From assembly GCA_045105635.1 (NCBI GenBank), contig JBGCDU010000015.1:8695-72694 (forward strand): a DNA stretch of 64,000 nucleotides, read 5' to 3'. The translations under genes and the position numbers were made by a program. This document shows, piece by piece, positions 12,278 through 23,813 of this stretch. Under the pieces are notes generated by a model. It had not been told where the DNA came from, searched no databases, and was given only the letters and a program-made list of their open reading frames with translations. Every line of letters begins with the position of its first letter. Positions within the stretch are counted from its first letter, which is position 1. This DNA comes from Congregibacter sp. (GTDB lineage: Bacteria > Pseudomonadota > Gammaproteobacteria > Pseudomonadales > Halieaceae).

Positions 12278-13585
12278 CTACTCGATGGTTTCACGGGCCA
12301 GCAGCCGCTCCCAGTCCAAACGGGGCAAACTCAGCTGTAACTGCGCAGTACCATCTTCATCAAACTGCTCGTCTTCCACTGCGCCAAGCGCATACAGCGC
12401 CGCTCGCAGCCGCGCCTGATCGGGTCGCAGGTGGACCGTCTCGCGCAGCAGATCACCGCCCAGACGTTCCGCCACGGCCTGCGTAAGAAGGTCAATACCA
12501 AGGCCTTTTTCAGCACTCAGCCACACCCGCGTAGGCACTCCCTCGTCATCGCGATCGATCCGGGGCTCTGACTCCAACAGGTCAATCTTGTTGTAAATCT
12601 CCAAAACCGGGCGTTTATCCGCCTCGATTTCAATCAGCACCGCCTGCACTTCGCGGCGATTTTCATCGCGCTCTTCGCTCGCTGCGTCCAATACATGCAG
12701 GAGCAAATCGGCCTCGCGCGTCTCTTCTAGCGTGGCCTTGAAGGACTCCACCAGACCGTGCGGTAAACGCGCGATAAACCCAACGGTATCGGCGAGAATA
12801 ACCTCCCCCAGATTGTCCACATCCCAACGCCGCAAAGTGGGATCCAGCGTTGCGAAAAGCTGATCGGCCGCGTGCACACCTGCATTGGTCAGCTGATTGA
12901 ACAGTGTGGACTTCCCCGCATTGGTGTAACCCACCAATGCCACCGTGGCCACCTCAGCCCGCTGCCGAGAGCGGCGACCTTGGCCCCGTTGGCGTCGCAC
13001 TTTTTCAAGTCGCGCGGTTATCGATTTAATGCGCACGCGCAGAAGACGTCGGTCCGTCTCGAGTTGAGTCTCACCCGGGCCGCGTAAACCGATGCCGCCT
13101 TTTTGCCGCTCGAGGTGTGTCCAACCGCGAATCAGGCGAGTGCTCATATGGCGCAGTTGCGCCAGCTCAACCTGCAACTTGCCCTCGTGCGTGCGAGCGC
13201 GCTGCGCAAATATATCGAGTATAAGTCCGGTTCGGTCCAGCACGCGGCACTGCAACTCGGCCTCAAGATTGCGCTCCTGGCTCGGACTCAGGGTGTGGTT
13301 AAAAATGACCACTGACGCGCACTCATCGTGCACTACGGTCGCGATTTCCTCTAATTTTCCACTGCCCACGAAAATTCGGGCGGTGGGGGCTGAGCGATAC
13401 CCCGTGATAAAAGCGACTGGGTCGGCCCCGGCAGACACCACCAGCGCTTCGAACTCACGCGGGTCCACGGCTTCTGACGCACTGCCGAGCGTCATGTTCA
13501 CCAGCACCACGCTTTCACGCCCGCTGTCTGCGCCATCGGGTCCGACGGCGCTGGGATTGCCACCATCTGGGCGCTCAAAAAACAA
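12278..13585 (-). CDS. hflX: Ribosome-splitting GTPase HflX
   Basis: LILDIFAQRA, GPGETQLETDRR, VGYTNAGKSTL, QLFATLD, DTVGF, NKID. Likely TTG start at 13585 (MFFERP). Confidence 0.97.
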   Translation of the reverse strand: MFFERPDGGNPSAVGPDGADSGRESVVLVNMTLGSASEAVDPREFEALVVSAGADPVAFITGYRSAPTARIFVGSGKLEEIATVVHDECASVVIFNHTLSPSQERNLEAELQCRVLDRTGLILDIFAQRARTHEGKLQVELAQLRHMSTRLIRGWTHLERQKGGIGLRGPGETQLETDRRLLRVRIKSITARLEKVRRQRGQGRRSRQRAEVATVALVGYTNAGKSTLFNQLTNAGVHAADQLFATLDPTLRRWDVDNLGEVILADTVGFIARLPHGLVESFKATLEETREADLLLHVLDAASEERDENRREVQAVLIEIEADKRPVLEIYNKIDLLESEPRIDRDDEGVPTRVWLSAEKGLGIDLLTQAVAERLGGDLLRETVHLRPDQARLRAALYALGAVEDEQFDEDGTAQLQLSLPRLDWERLLARETIE

Positions 13586-13701
13586 TAGGGACCCCCGATG
13601 CCATGCGCACCGTATTAGCAAAAACCTGCCACCCATCACCCATCACAGGGTGGAACATGCTCGGGAAGACCCGCTTGCGGGTCGTCTGGAGTTCCGGGAA
13701 G

Positions 13702-13950
13702 TCAGTCTTCACCGTCTTCCGCAGGAGGGTTTTGCATGGGCATACGCACCACACGACCCGGGACCACGGTAGAGATCGCGTGCTTGTAGACCATCTGGCT
13801 CACAGTATTTTTGAGCAGCACAACGAATTGATCGAAGGACTCAATCTGGCCCTGCAGCTTGATGCCGTTGACCAAATAAATCGACACGGGAACCCGCTCT
13901 TTTCGCAGCAGATTCAGATAAGGGTCTTGTAGCGTATGCCCTTTCGACAT
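13702..13950 (-). CDS. hfq: RNA chaperone Hfq
   Basis: [37 protein letters not shown]...[13 protein letters not shown]. Confidence 0.99.
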   Translation of the reverse strand: MSKGHTLQDPYLNLLRKERVPVSIYLVNGIKLQGQIESFDQFVVLLKNTVSQMVYKHAISTVVPGRVVRMPMQNPPAEDGED

Positions 13951-14060
13951 GACGTTTTCTCCTTGCAGTTCGAGAGCCTAATCAGGTCTCGATTTAGTTG
14001 GGGCTCAATAATGGAGCCAAAAAAAACCAAAATTCTTACAGTCTCACTCTTACAGTCCCA

Positions 14061-15047
14061 CTATGATGGGTCCGCGCGAAGATAGTTCAAGACCTCATCC
14101 GCGAGTTCGTGAGCGCATGTATCCATTCCTTCGCCTATATCTCGCGCACAGTTCACGTCGCTGATCAAATCGCTGTGCACCAAGCGTCCCGCCGCATCAG
14201 TTTTCAACCACTTCAGGTCTGGCCATTTACGCAGCCAGGTCAGCTGACGTTTGGCGAGCTGACGCGTGGCGGCTATGCCCTGCTCCACCGCCTCATCCAC
14301 CGTAGCGCGTCCATCGAGATGCGCCCATAACTGGCGGTAACCTACGGCCTTGACCGCGGGCAGTTTGGGGTGCAAATCACCGCGCTCGCGCAATTCCGCG
14401 ACTTCGCGCAGAAATCCGGCCTCCATCATAGCGATAAATCTGGCTTTTATACGTCGGTGGAGCACACGCCGATCAGTTGGTGCAAGACTAATCGTCAGTA
14501 CGGGTTCCCCAAGCGCCTCGGGGGAGTGATTTTGCCGCTGAAGCGCGGACATCGGCTGTCCGCTCAGATGGCAAACTTCGAGCGCTCTGAGCAGTCGCTG
14601 CGAGTGATTAGGGTGGATGCGCGCGGCCGAAATCGGATCGATGGCGGCGAGCTCTTCGTGCAGGGCCAGCCAGCCCGAGCGCTCCGCTCGCGCCTCGAGC
14701 TCCGCACGAAGCACCGGGTCGGCCTCAGGCATAGCGTCGAACCCCATGAGCAGGGCACGGAAGTACAATACCGTGCCGCCCACAAGAATCGGTCTGCGGC
14801 CCCGCGCGCGAATATCGGCAATCGCGGCTCGCGCGTCGGATGCAAACCGCGCGGCGGAATAAACCTCCGTGGGCTCGCAGATATCAATGAGGTGGTGCGG
14901 AAAAGCCGGTTTCGCACTACCAATATCCAGGCCGCGATAAACCAGCGCCGAATCCACACTAATCAACTCACCATGCAGCGCCTCTGCCAGTGCTATCGCC
15001 AGATCCGTTTTGCCTGAGGCAGTCGGCCCCATGATGCACAGCAGCAT
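14061..15047 (-). CDS. miaA: tRNA dimethylallyltransferase
   Basis: [48 protein letters not shown]. Alternative TTG start at 15095. Confidence 0.97.
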   Translation of the reverse strand: MLLCIMGPTASGKTDLAIALAEALHGELISVDSALVYRGLDIGSAKPAFPHHLIDICEPTEVYSAARFASDARAAIADIRARGRRPILVGGTVLYFRALLMGFDAMPEADPVLRAELEARAERSGWLALHEELAAIDPISAARIHPNHSQRLLRALEVCHLSGQPMSALQRQNHSPEALGEPVLTISLAPTDRRVLHRRIKARFIAMMEAGFLREVAELRERGDLHPKLPAVKAVGYRQLWAHLDGRATVDEAVEQGIAATRQLAKRQLTWLRKWPDLKWLKTDAAGRLVHSDLISDVNCARDIGEGMDTCAHELADEVLNYLRADPS

Positions 15048-15057
15048 GCGGGATCGT

Positions 15058-17229
15058 TCAGCGGCCGCGGAGGAACAGACGGTCGAGCTCGCCAAGGCTC
15101 ATAGCAGTCCAGGTAGGACGGCCATGATTACATTGGCCGGAGCGCTCCGTGACTTCCATATCACGCAGCAGCGCGTTCATTTCGGGCAGCGTCAGACGGC
15201 GATTTGCACGCACAGACCCGTGGCATGCCATGGTGGACAGCAGCTCATCCTGATGACGCTCGATGCGATCAGAACTACCGAATTCCGCAATATCCGAAAG
15301 CACATCGCGCAGTAGCTGCTCTACATTCGCCCCTTTGAGAGAAATGGGAATCTCACGGATGAGCAGGCTCTCCTCGCCGACAATCGCAACGCCCAGTCCC
15401 AGCTTGCTAAACAGCTCAGTGTGCTCCTCCACCAGGCGCACTTCCCGATGACTCACCGCTACGCTCTGCGGCACCAGCAAGGGTTGACTGCTTATGCCCT
15501 GCGCGTCTCGGGCCTGTTTGAGACGCTCGTAGGTAATGCGCTCGTGCGCCGCATGCATATCAACCAGTATCAAACCCTCTCGATTCTGCGCAAGCACATA
15601 AACACCGTGCAGTTGTGCAATGGCATAACCTAGCGGCGGGATATTCGCCTCGCTGTCACCGCCGTCCACGTTGGGGTTTGGATTGCTACCGTCGCTACCC
15701 CCTTCTCGGCCATACAGCCGACCATAGGATGCCATTTGCGCGCTCACCGGCCCTCTATCACTCTGCACAGGACGCAGTGAGCCGCCTGCCATGGTAGAAA
15801 ATGACGAACTTTCCGCTCCATGCTGCTCAAAACTGCCTGGGGAGGGTTCCGCAAGGCCGATTTCTCGCTGACGAATCAACTCTCCGGTCAGCAGGTCCAA
15901 ACGCCCCGCAGAGGACGACACCGGCGAGTTCCCCTCAAATGCTCCCGGAGTACGATTCGGGGCAATATCCGAGGCACCAGAGCCGCCGTCGCAGGGTCGA
16001 ATATCGGCGAGCGCTTTGTTTAGCGTACTGAACAGGAAGTTGTGCACGCTCCGCCCGTCGCGAAACCGCACCTCATGTTTTGTCGGATGCACATTGACAT
16101 CCACGTCCGCTGGATCGAGGTCCAAGTAAAGTACGAAAGCCGGATGTCTCCCGTGATACAGCACGTCACTAAAAGCCTGGCGTACAGCGTGTACGACCAA
16201 CTTGTCACGGATGTAGCGGCCGTTGACAAAGAAATGCTGGAGATCTGCCTGACTGCGGGAAAATGTAGGCTGAGCTACCCAGCCGTGTAAACGCAGGCTG
16301 CCCGCTTCGCGGTCAACAGCGACCGAGTGCTGAACAAACTCAGGGCCACAAACCAGCGCCACTCTGCGCATGCGGTCGGTCTCATCGACACAGCGGCGCA
16401 AATCATGCAGCTGTCGACCGTTGTGCCGGAGGCTGAAACCAACGTCAAAGCGGGATAACGCCAGGCGCTTCACGGTTTCATCCAGATGATTGAATTCCGT
16501 TCGCTCCGTGCGCAAAAATTTGCGCCGGGCTGGCGTGTTAAAAAAGAGATCACGCACCTCAACGGTGGTTCCCCGTGGGTGCGGTGCGGGTTTGATGGTG
16601 ACCTGCATGTCACGCCCGGAACAGCCGGCGGACTGCCCCTGACTGCTATCGTCAGAGGTATTACTGGTAAGTACCAGGTGCGAGACGGACCCTATGCTCG
16701 CCAGAGCCTCACCCCGAAAACCAAAGCTGCCCACCTGTTCGAGGTCTTCAAGCGAGGCAATCTTGCTGGTGGCATGCCGGTCCAGTGCCAACGCCAGATC
16801 GTCCGCCGGGATACCAATGCCATCGTCCCGAATACGTATGAGTCGCGACCCTGCCGCCTCGACATCGATATCCACCCTTGAAGCCCCTGCATCCAGACTG
16901 TTCTCGAGCAACTCTTTGACCACGGATGCTGGTCGCTCAACCACCTCCCCCGCGGCAATCTGATTGGCGAGTCGCGCCGGCAAACGCACAATCGCCGATC
17001 TGTTCGCGATTTGTGCATCGATGTGGGGTGGCGGCTGAGAGCTCGCTGTGGTTGCGGGCGAGTCTCCCGGTGAGTTGCCAGGGACTGTTTCGGGCGCCGT
17101 TTCGGGCGCCGTTTCGGGCGCTATTCCAGACACCGTCGCATGTCCCTCAGCGGTGGACGGTTCCGCAGGCTTAATCGCTGACGATTCAGTTGCTGACGAT
17201 CTGGTTGCTGACGATCTAGTTGCTGACAT
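15058..17229 (-). CDS. mutL: DNA mismatch repair protein MutL with endonuclease motif and a repeat-rich N-terminal extension
   Basis: [66 protein letters not shown]. Confidence 0.98.
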   Translation of the reverse strand: MSATRSSATRSSATESSAIKPAEPSTAEGHATVSGIAPETAPETAPETVPGNSPGDSPATTASSQPPPHIDAQIANRSAIVRLPARLANQIAAGEVVERPASVVKELLENSLDAGASRVDIDVEAAGSRLIRIRDDGIGIPADDLALALDRHATSKIASLEDLEQVGSFGFRGEALASIGSVSHLVLTSNTSDDSSQGQSAGCSGRDMQVTIKPAPHPRGTTVEVRDLFFNTPARRKFLRTERTEFNHLDETVKRLALSRFDVGFSLRHNGRQLHDLRRCVDETDRMRRVALVCGPEFVQHSVAVDREAGSLRLHGWVAQPTFSRSQADLQHFFVNGRYIRDKLVVHAVRQAFSDVLYHGRHPAFVLYLDLDPADVDVNVHPTKHEVRFRDGRSVHNFLFSTLNKALADIRPCDGGSGASDIAPNRTPGAFEGNSPVSSSAGRLDLLTGELIRQREIGLAEPSPGSFEQHGAESSSFSTMAGGSLRPVQSDRGPVSAQMASYGRLYGREGGSDGSNPNPNVDGGDSEANIPPLGYAIAQLHGVYVLAQNREGLILVDMHAAHERITYERLKQARDAQGISSQPLLVPQSVAVSHREVRLVEEHTELFSKLGLGVAIVGEESLLIREIPISLKGANVEQLLRDVLSDIAEFGSSDRIERHQDELLSTMACHGSVRANRRLTLPEMNALLRDMEVTERSGQCNHGRPTWTAMSLGELDRLFLRGR
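17087..17122. repeat. 12-bp tandem repeat x3 (gtttcgggcgcc) in the mutL 5' region, encoding (APET)3
   Basis: Read directly from the sequence. Confidence 0.9.
17177..17229. repeat. 15-bp tandem repeat x3.5 (gctgacgatctggtt-like) beginning at the mutL ATG
   Basis: Encodes [18 protein letters not shown]. Confidence 0.85.
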
Positions 17230-17249
17230 ATGTGCTTATTCCGCTTCTT

Positions 17250-17285
17250 GCACTTTTTGCACTTTTCGCACTTTTCGCACTTCTC
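17250..17285. repeat. 9-bp tandem repeat x4 (gcacttttc) in the amiB-mutL intergenic region
   Basis: gcacttttt gcacttttc gcacttttc gcacttctc. Confidence 0.85.
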
Positions 17286-17335
17286 GCCGTCCTCACACAT
17301 CTTACTCTGCTTCCATCTTTTACTCTTGGAGCAAC

Positions 17336-18793
17336 TTAGCGGGTAGGAATGCGTAGCGTCTGTCCGATCGCGATGCGATTGTTGGCCAGCCCGTTGTGTT
17401 GCTTGAGGGCCGCTATGTTGGTGTCAAATCGTTGGGCGATACCCGAAAGTGTATCACCGCGCACAATAGTGTATTCGCGATTCCCCTGCTCTCGCTGCCA
17501 TGCTAGCAGCGATCCATTCGGCGGGTGCGCACGGAACCAGAACAGGATGCCGTCGTGGATGGCCTTGGCCATGCGACGGCGGTAGCTCTCGCTGGCCAGC
17601 TTACGCGCTTCTTCAGGATTCGATATAAAACCCGTCTCTACGAGAATCGAGGGCACGTCGGGCGACTTAAGCACCGCGAAACCTGCCTGTTCTACCTGAC
17701 GTTTGTGCAGGCGCGCGAAATCATCCATCTGTCCAAGCACGCTCGCACCGATGTTCAAACTGCGATCGAGTGTGTCTGTCATCGACAGATCGGCAAGCGC
17801 AAATGCCAGCGCATCCTCTTTATCGCCCAGACTAACGCCACCTAAAAGGTCAGCGGCGTTCTCGCGCTGCGCCAGATAGCTAGCCGTTGTACTGGACGCC
17901 CCCCGCGTCGACAGAGCATAAACCGATGCGCCACGTGCTCGCTTATCTTTGAATGCATCCGCATGAATAGAAACAAACATATCGGCTTGTCGCTGTCGGG
18001 CGAGGTCGCGTCGACCTTTGAGACTCACGTAGTAATCTCCACTGCGGATCAGCGTAGGTGCTATGCCGCTGTCTGCATCAAACAGGCGCTTTAGCTCCCG
18101 GGCGATCTCAAGCACGACCTGTTTTTCGCGGAGCTTGCCCGGCCCCAACGCTCCGGGATCCTCGCCGCCGTGGCCGGCGTCGATAGCGATCACAATGTCG
18201 CGGCGGGCCTCGCTTTGCGCGGCCTTACGCGCCGGCTCGGCGGGCGCTGCGTCGTCGAGGTCGTAAAGATCAATAACCAGGCGGTCAGCCGCGCGATCAG
18301 AGGCTTTGAGGGTAAAAGTCCGTGGCCGTATTTTTTTTCCCAGTTCCAAAACAAGCCGTAGATCGTCTCCCTTGCGCACGCCGCTGCGCACCCGCGTAAT
18401 AGGCGTGTCGTCGAGCGACAGCGCATCCAAGCTGGCGAGAAGCTTGGTATCAGTCACATCGATGACCAGCCGCCGCGGGTTCTGCAGTTCGAGTAATTGA
18501 TGTTCAACCGGCGCCGTCATATCCAGCACCAATCGCGTGTGGTCAGGCGCGCGCCAGATACGCATGTCCCGAACTTCCACCTGAGCCGCAAAGCTCTTGG
18601 TCACCAGAAGCAAAGTCAGTAGCGCGGCCCCCGCGGCTGCAAACGGTCTGGCAAAGCAGCGCTGACGAAACACCACAGCTGCCACGGCTCCTGCTGCTTG
18701 CGAGGACGAGCTCAAACGACGACGCGCTATGAGTTGTGAAATCGCTTGGCCCTCCTTAGTTATGGTTACCCGATGACTGCTGCTGACCCGCAT
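17336..18793 (-). CDS. amiB: N-acetylmuramoyl-L-alanine amidase (AMIN + Amidase_3 + LysM)
   Basis: RIWRAPDHTRLVLD, IDAGHGGEDPGA, FVSIHAD, VLKSPDVPSILVETGFISN, C-terminal LysM IVRGDTLSGIA. Start is uncertain. Confidence 0.95.
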   Translation of the reverse strand: MRVSSSHRVTITKEGQAISQLIARRRLSSSSQAAGAVAAVVFRQRCFARPFAAAGAALLTLLLVTKSFAAQVEVRDMRIWRAPDHTRLVLDMTAPVEHQLLELQNPRRLVIDVTDTKLLASLDALSLDDTPITRVRSGVRKGDDLRLVLELGKKIRPRTFTLKASDRAADRLVIDLYDLDDAAPAEPARKAAQSEARRDIVIAIDAGHGGEDPGALGPGKLREKQVVLEIARELKRLFDADSGIAPTLIRSGDYYVSLKGRRDLARQRQADMFVSIHADAFKDKRARGASVYALSTRGASSTTASYLAQRENAADLLGGVSLGDKEDALAFALADLSMTDTLDRSLNIGASVLGQMDDFARLHKRQVEQAGFAVLKSPDVPSILVETGFISNPEEARKLASESYRRRMAKAIHDGILFWFRAHPPNGSLLAWQREQGNREYTIVRGDTLSGIAQRFDTNIAALKQHNGLANNRIAIGQTLRIPTR

Positions 18794-18825
18794 TTGCGGA
18801 GGTAGCTTTAACTACTAGTAACGCT

Positions 18826-18886
18826 GTTTACTGCACTGCTTCCTGCAATGCTTACTCCACTACTTACTCCACTACTTACTCCACTA
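18826..18886. repeat. 12-bp tandem repeat (cttactccacta x3 perfect, plus 2 degenerate copies) in the tsaE-amiB intergenic region
   Basis: Read directly; perfect copies span 18851-18886. Confidence 0.9.
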
Positions 18887-18928
18887 CCATCAATCACGGT
18901 CTCGCTGTGCATACTCATATTGTGACGA

Positions 18929-19390
18929 TCAAAGCCGCAGTCTGGACAGACAAATATCGCCTGCCTGACTGCGCGCTTTGGCTGTGAGCGCACGTCTATT
19001 ACCAGACACTACTATACTAATCTCAAGGTCCGGTACTGGCAAAAAATCCCCTGCCCGTTCCGGCCATTCGAGCACCAGCATCGCACCGGCGTCGAAGTAG
19101 TCGCGAATACCCATAAATTCGAGCTCCTCAGGACTACCCAAACGGTACAAGTCGAAGTGATAGAGGGGTTTTTCCAGATCGAGGTAAGGCTCAACGAGCG
19201 TGTAGGTGGGGCTTTTAACGGCCCCAACGTGACCCAGCCCTCGCGCAATACCGCGCGCAAACGTTGTCTTACCCGCGCCCAGTTCCCCGGAAAGAAATAG
19301 CGACGTGCCTTCTTCCAGGGCATTTGCAAAGCCCCGACCTGCGTCGATCATCCCCGCCTCGTCATCAATTAGTAAAACGCGTTCGGTCAT
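18929..19390 (-). CDS. tsaE: tRNA threonylcarbamoyladenosine biosynthesis ATPase TsaE
   Basis: GELGAGKTT, VKSPTYTLVEPY, HFDLYRL, LEW. Confidence 0.97.
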   Translation of the reverse strand: MTERVLLIDDEAGMIDAGRGFANALEEGTSLFLSGELGAGKTTFARGIARGLGHVGAVKSPTYTLVEPYLDLEKPLYHFDLYRLGSPEELEFMGIRDYFDAGAMLVLEWPERAGDFLPVPDLEISIVVSGNRRALTAKARSQAGDICLSRLRL

Positions 19391-20868
19391 CTCAATAGTC
19401 TCGCAAGAGGGACAATCAGATCCGAGGCGAGCAGTGCCGCCTGGCCGATCTCCCGCGCTGCCACATCGCCGGCATGGCTGTGCAGGAGTGTCCCCAGGCG
19501 TGCCGCCGCCGGGGGTGCCATGCCCTGCGCAAGCAGCGCGCCGATCACACCGCTGAGCACATCACCCATACCCCCGCTGGCCATACCCGGATTCCCGGCC
19601 AGGCAGACACACAGCTCTGACGGTGTCTGCACGAGACTGCCATTCCCTTTGAGCACCACCGTTGCAGCGTAGGCTTCTGCGAGACGCTGCGCAGCGACAA
19701 ACCGATTGCCCTGTACATCCGATCCAGGGCATTTCAGTAACCGACCCGCCTCTCCCGGGTGCGGCGTGATCACTGTCTGCGATGGCAGGGCTGTGCTTTT
19801 GCTGGCCGCTATAAGGTTCAGCGCATCGGCATCCAGCAACAGAGGTTTGCCGGCCGCAAAACAGGCGTGGAGCATCTGTTCACCCCACGCCTCCTGACCG
19901 AGACCCGGACCAAGTACGATGGCGTCGGCTTCGGCAAGCAGAGGCAGCAGCGCATTGCGATGATCCACTCCACGCGCCAGACACTCGGGAACCCGGGCCA
20001 GCAACGGCGCCACATTCTCCGCACGCGTGGCCACCTGGACCAGACCCGCGCCGGTGCGCAACGCGGCTTCGGCGGCGAGTACAATCGCCCCCCCCATACC
20101 CCGGTCTCCCCCGACCAACAGACAGCGCCCAAAGCTTCCTTTGTGCGAAGTCACAGAACGTCGGGGCAGCGCTCTCAATTCACAATCGAGCTGCAGTACC
20201 TTGCAGGCCACGCCGGCCGCGGCATAGGCGTCCGCCGGGACGTCCAGATCATCGGCAAATCGCTCTCCGGCATGCTCGGCGCCCGCCCCAGTAAACAGCC
20301 CTCGCTTTGCGGTAATAAAGCTAATCGTCCAGCACGCCCTAACCGCCACGCCGGCAACGGTCGCCGCGTCGCAATCGATTCCTGATGGCAAATCGAGCGC
20401 GAACACCGGCAGATCCAGTGCGTTAAGCTCCACAATCGCCAGACGATACGCCTCGCGGACAACACCCTGAATACCGGTTCCCAACATCCCGTCTACCACC
20501 ACGCCCTTAGCAGCGATCGCCCCGGGCGAAAAGGACTCAATCGATACTCCGCACTGGCGGGCCTGCGCCAATGCCTTCATTGCATCAGTGCTGCGGGGCT
20601 CGCCGTCGACCAGCAGCACCCGGGTATCTATGCCCCGTGCACATGCGAGTATCGCGACGAGCAAACCATCACCGCCGTTATTACCCGATCCGCACAACAC
20701 CTGTAGCTGTGTGAGATTGGGTTGGACCGTTAGTAAAAGCTCGAAAGCCGCTCGCGCGGCACGCGCCATTAACAGCGTACCGGGCAGACCATGGGCTTCG
20801 ATTGCCGATTGATCTACCGCGCGACTCTGCGCGGCCGTGTACAGCTCGCTAGGGATGAACATGCTCAC
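19387..20868 (-). CDS. nnr: Bifunctional NAD(P)HX epimerase/dehydratase
   Basis: CGSGNNGGDG, DGMLGTG, DLPSG, SHKGSFG, LDADAL, TPHPGEA, GGMGDVLSG. Confidence 0.96.
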   Translation of the reverse strand: MSMFIPSELYTAAQSRAVDQSAIEAHGLPGTLLMARAARAAFELLLTVQPNLTQLQVLCGSGNNGGDGLLVAILACARGIDTRVLLVDGEPRSTDAMKALAQARQCGVSIESFSPGAIAAKGVVVDGMLGTGIQGVVREAYRLAIVELNALDLPVFALDLPSGIDCDAATVAGVAVRACWTISFITAKRGLFTGAGAEHAGERFADDLDVPADAYAAAGVACKVLQLDCELRALPRRSVTSHKGSFGRCLLVGGDRGMGGAIVLAAEAALRTGAGLVQVATRAENVAPLLARVPECLARGVDHRNALLPLLAEADAIVLGPGLGQEAWGEQMLHACFAAGKPLLLDADALNLIAASKSTALPSQTVITPHPGEAGRLLKCPGSDVQGNRFVAAQRLAEAYAATVVLKGNGSLVQTPSELCVCLAGNPGMASGGMGDVLSGVIGALLAQGMAPPAAARLGTLLHSHAGDVAAREIGQAALLASDLIVPLARLLR

Positions 20869-20953
20869 GAGGAAGTAGCCTCTGGCACAATGACACTCCG
20901 ATTACGAAAGATATGTCGCGATTATAGGGTTGCTGCTGCATGAGAGGCGATGT

Positions 20954-22054
20954 GTGACGGTCGAAATTGCATCTGAAAACGACGGCCGAGCCCTTGTCGA
21001 GGAGATTCGCGCATGGTCTGAAGAGCTGGGCTTCGCACAAATGGGCGTTGCTGATATCGCACTCGATGAGCATGAGGGGCATCTGCAACGCTGGCTTGCG
21101 GCAGGTTACCAGGGCGAAATGCACTGGATGGCGGCACATGGGCACAAGCGTTCAAGACCCAATGAACTGGTGCCCGGCACCCTCCGAGTGCTCTCTCTGC
21201 GCATGGACTACCTGCCCGAGGGCACGGACCCGGTCACTGTTTTGGAAAATCCAAACCAGGCCTATGTGGCTCGCTACACGCTGGGGCGTGATTACCACAA
21301 GCTGATGCGCAAGCGTCTCGCCCGTCTGGCAAAGCGCATTGAGACACGTCTGGGTGGCGGTCAGTATCGCGCCTTTGTGGACAGCGCTCCGGTGCTGGAG
21401 CGAGCGCTCGCCGAACGCGCTGGGCTGGGCTGGATCGCCAAAAACACCATGCTCATCAACAGCGACGCCGGCTCCTGGTTTTTTCTTGGTGAGATCTTCA
21501 CCAATCTGCCGCTCCCGGAAGACCCACCCAAAACGGAGAAACATTGCGGAACCTGCAAGGCCTGCCTGGACATCTGCCCCACAAATGCTTTCACCGGCCC
21601 CTTTGAACTGGACGCCCGGCGCTGCATCTCCTATCTGACTATCGAGCACAAGGGCAGTATTGATCCGGAGCTACGCCCGCTAATGGGCAACCGTGTTTTT
21701 GGCTGCGACGACTGTCAGATCGTCTGTCCCTGGAACAAGTTTGCAAAAACCACGCAAGAAGCTGACTTTCAACCGCGGCATGCATTGGACAATGCAGGAC
21801 TTGTGGAGCTGTTTCTCTGGAGCGAGGCCCTGTGGGAGACACGCACCGAGGGCTCCGCCATACGCCGCATTGGCTACGAGCGCTGGCTGCGCAATCTGGC
21901 CGTGGCACTTGGCAATGCGCCCAGCTCTGCCGGGGTTCTCAGTGCACTGCAAGCGCGACGGGATTATCCGTCCGAGCTGGTGCAGGAGCATGTCAGCTGG
22001 GCGCTGGAACAGCATGCCGGCTGGAACAACGAGCCGGCCGCGGCGCCCGTCTAG
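20954..22054 (+). CDS. queG: Epoxyqueuosine reductase
   Basis: [53 protein letters not shown] start at about 20954. Confidence 0.97.
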   Translation: MTVEIASENDGRALVEEIRAWSEELGFAQMGVADIALDEHEGHLQRWLAAGYQGEMHWMAAHGHKRSRPNELVPGTLRVLSLRMDYLPEGTDPVTVLENPNQAYVARYTLGRDYHKLMRKRLARLAKRIETRLGGGQYRAFVDSAPVLERALAERAGLGWIAKNTMLINSDAGSWFFLGEIFTNLPLPEDPPKTEKHCGTCKACLDICPTNAFTGPFELDARRCISYLTIEHKGSIDPELRPLMGNRVFGCDDCQIVCPWNKFAKTTQEADFQPRHALDNAGLVELFLWSEALWETRTEGSAIRRIGYERWLRNLAVALGNAPSSAGVLSALQARRDYPSELVQEHVSWALEQHAGWNNEPAAAPV

Positions 22055-22605
22055 ATTCGCGGCTTGTCCTCAATAAAATGTTCGCGGTAGTACCGCAACT
22101 CTTCAATGGAATCACGGATGTCCTCGAGAGCCAGATGTGCCGCGCCTTTTCTCAGCCCCGCGATCAGATCCGGACGCCAGCGCTGTGCAAGAATCTTGAT
22201 AGAGCTGACATCCAGATTGCGATAATGGAAGAAGCGTTCCAGATCCGGCAGATGTCGCGCCATAAATCGCCTGTCCTGGCAAATGCTGTTGCCACACATC
22301 GGAGATGCGCCAGGCGGCACCCAGTCTGCAAGGAACTCCAGAGTTTGCCGCGCTGCATCAGCTTCAGTAAATCCGCTGTTTTGAACTCTCTCTGTCAGCC
22401 CGGAGCGCCCATGATGCGTAGTATTCCATTCATCCATAGCCTCTAGAACGGCATCGGACTGATAGATAGCTATCACCGGCCCCTCACTCAAGGTATTCAA
22501 TTCACTGTCGGTGACGATGCTCGCTATCTCGATGACGCGATCTCCATCCGGGTCAAGCCCCGTCATTTCCATGTCTATCCAAATCAGATTCTGTTCGTCG
22601 ACCAT
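22051..22605 (-). CDS. orn: Oligoribonuclease
   Basis: [44 protein letters not shown]. Confidence 0.97.
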   Translation of the reverse strand: MVDEQNLIWIDMEMTGLDPDGDRVIEIASIVTDSELNTLSEGPVIAIYQSDAVLEAMDEWNTTHHGRSGLTERVQNSGFTEADAARQTLEFLADWVPPGASPMCGNSICQDRRFMARHLPDLERFFHYRNLDVSSIKILAQRWRPDLIAGLRKGAAHLALEDIRDSIEELRYYREHFIEDKPRI

Positions 22606-22682
22606 AAGTAAACCCGCGTTTTTCTCGATAATAACCTTAGCACGTGCTCGACTCTGATCCCTCAGCACCCAATAATCAGCAG

Positions 22683-23702
22683 GTGAGTAAACGAAAACTA
22701 AATCGGCGCCAAAGCTGGCGCATCGCACGCAAGCAGCAGGAGCGTGGCGAGCGCGCCCAACGGTCGGAAAAAATCGGCGCAGAAGCGCTGGCTGCCGGTG
22801 AACTGGGGGCAGAGCAAGCCGGCCGAGTGATAGCGCGCTATGGCGCCCAGGCGGATGTACAGGGCGCACATGGCGTAACGCAACGCTGCCACCTGCGTGC
22901 CAATCTGGGCTCGCTAGTGGCCGGCGATACCGTGACTTTCTGCGCTGGGGAGTCCGTCGGCGTGATTGTCGCTCGCGACGATAGACAGACCGCTCTCCGG
23001 CGCCCGGACAAATTCGGCAAACTACGCACTGTCGCGGCCAACATTGATCGGGTCGTTATCGTGATGGCGCCGCTTCCGGAACCGCACGGGAACCTGATCG
23101 ACCGATACCTCGTCGCCACGGAAAACCTCGGCGCAGAGGCCGTGGTACTGCTCAACAAGACCGATTTGCTGGCCGACGATAAAGTCGCTGCGGCGATCAG
23201 CGACCTTCTCGCCCCATATCCGGACCTCGGTTATCCGGTGATTCGAACGCAGAGTAAAGACGGCGCGATACAGGAACTCACGGCTTTGTTGAAGGACCAT
23301 ACGAGCATACTGGTTGGACAATCCGGTGTCGGCAAAACCACTCTGGTGAATGCCTTGCTTCCGGAAGCACACGAGCGTGTGGGCGAGCTTTCACCGGATC
23401 GACAAAAAGGCCGTCACACCACAACCACAGCCAGGCTGTTCGATTTACCGGCGGGCGGTACGCTTATCGACTCGCCAGGCATACGTGAGTTTGGTCTCTG
23501 GCACATGAGCCGTGAAGATATAGAGCATGGGTTCCGCGAATTCAGGGATCGTCTGGGTCAGTGTCGTTTTCGGGACTGCCGCCATCAAAGCGAGCCCGGT
23601 TGCGCCCTGACAATCGCTATTGAGTCCGGCGCAATCCACCCGGCTCGACTGGCCAGTTACCGGCATATCGTGGCATCGCTGGAAGAGACACTGCAGGGCT
23701 AA
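22683..23702 (+). CDS. rsgA: Small-subunit ribosome biogenesis GTPase RsgA
   Basis: [45 protein letters not shown]. Confidence 0.97.
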   Translation: MSKRKLNRRQSWRIARKQQERGERAQRSEKIGAEALAAGELGAEQAGRVIARYGAQADVQGAHGVTQRCHLRANLGSLVAGDTVTFCAGESVGVIVARDDRQTALRRPDKFGKLRTVAANIDRVVIVMAPLPEPHGNLIDRYLVATENLGAEAVVLLNKTDLLADDKVAAAISDLLAPYPDLGYPVIRTQSKDGAIQELTALLKDHTSILVGQSGVGKTTLVNALLPEAHERVGELSPDRQKGRHTTTTARLFDLPAGGTLIDSPGIREFGLWHMSREDIEHGFREFRDRLGQCRFRDCRHQSEPGCALTIAIESGAIHPARLASYRHIVASLEETLQG

Positions 23703-23813
23703 AACGAGCTCTCTTGGCTGGCAAAACAGTGCAAATAGGTGTTCTGGCCAGAACCGTTAAAAAGCGCTGCAAAAATGCGACCACTGAAAGGCAGCGGTCG
23801 GCAATAGGAAGCC

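Noticed and set aside
14002-14026. Hairpin plus A-tract between miaA and hfq as a terminator
   Set aside because: The U-tract precedes rather than follows the hairpin on the transcribed (minus) strand, and there is no plus-strand U-tract.
18331-18338. T8/A8 homopolymer in amiB as a phase-variation tract
   Set aside because: It is short, encodes ordinary Gly-Lys-Lys-Ile, and the frame is intact.
22606-22869. Long N-terminal extension of Orn suggested by the ORF track
   Set aside because: It overlaps rsgA on the opposite strand; homology begins at [11 protein letters not shown] (22605).
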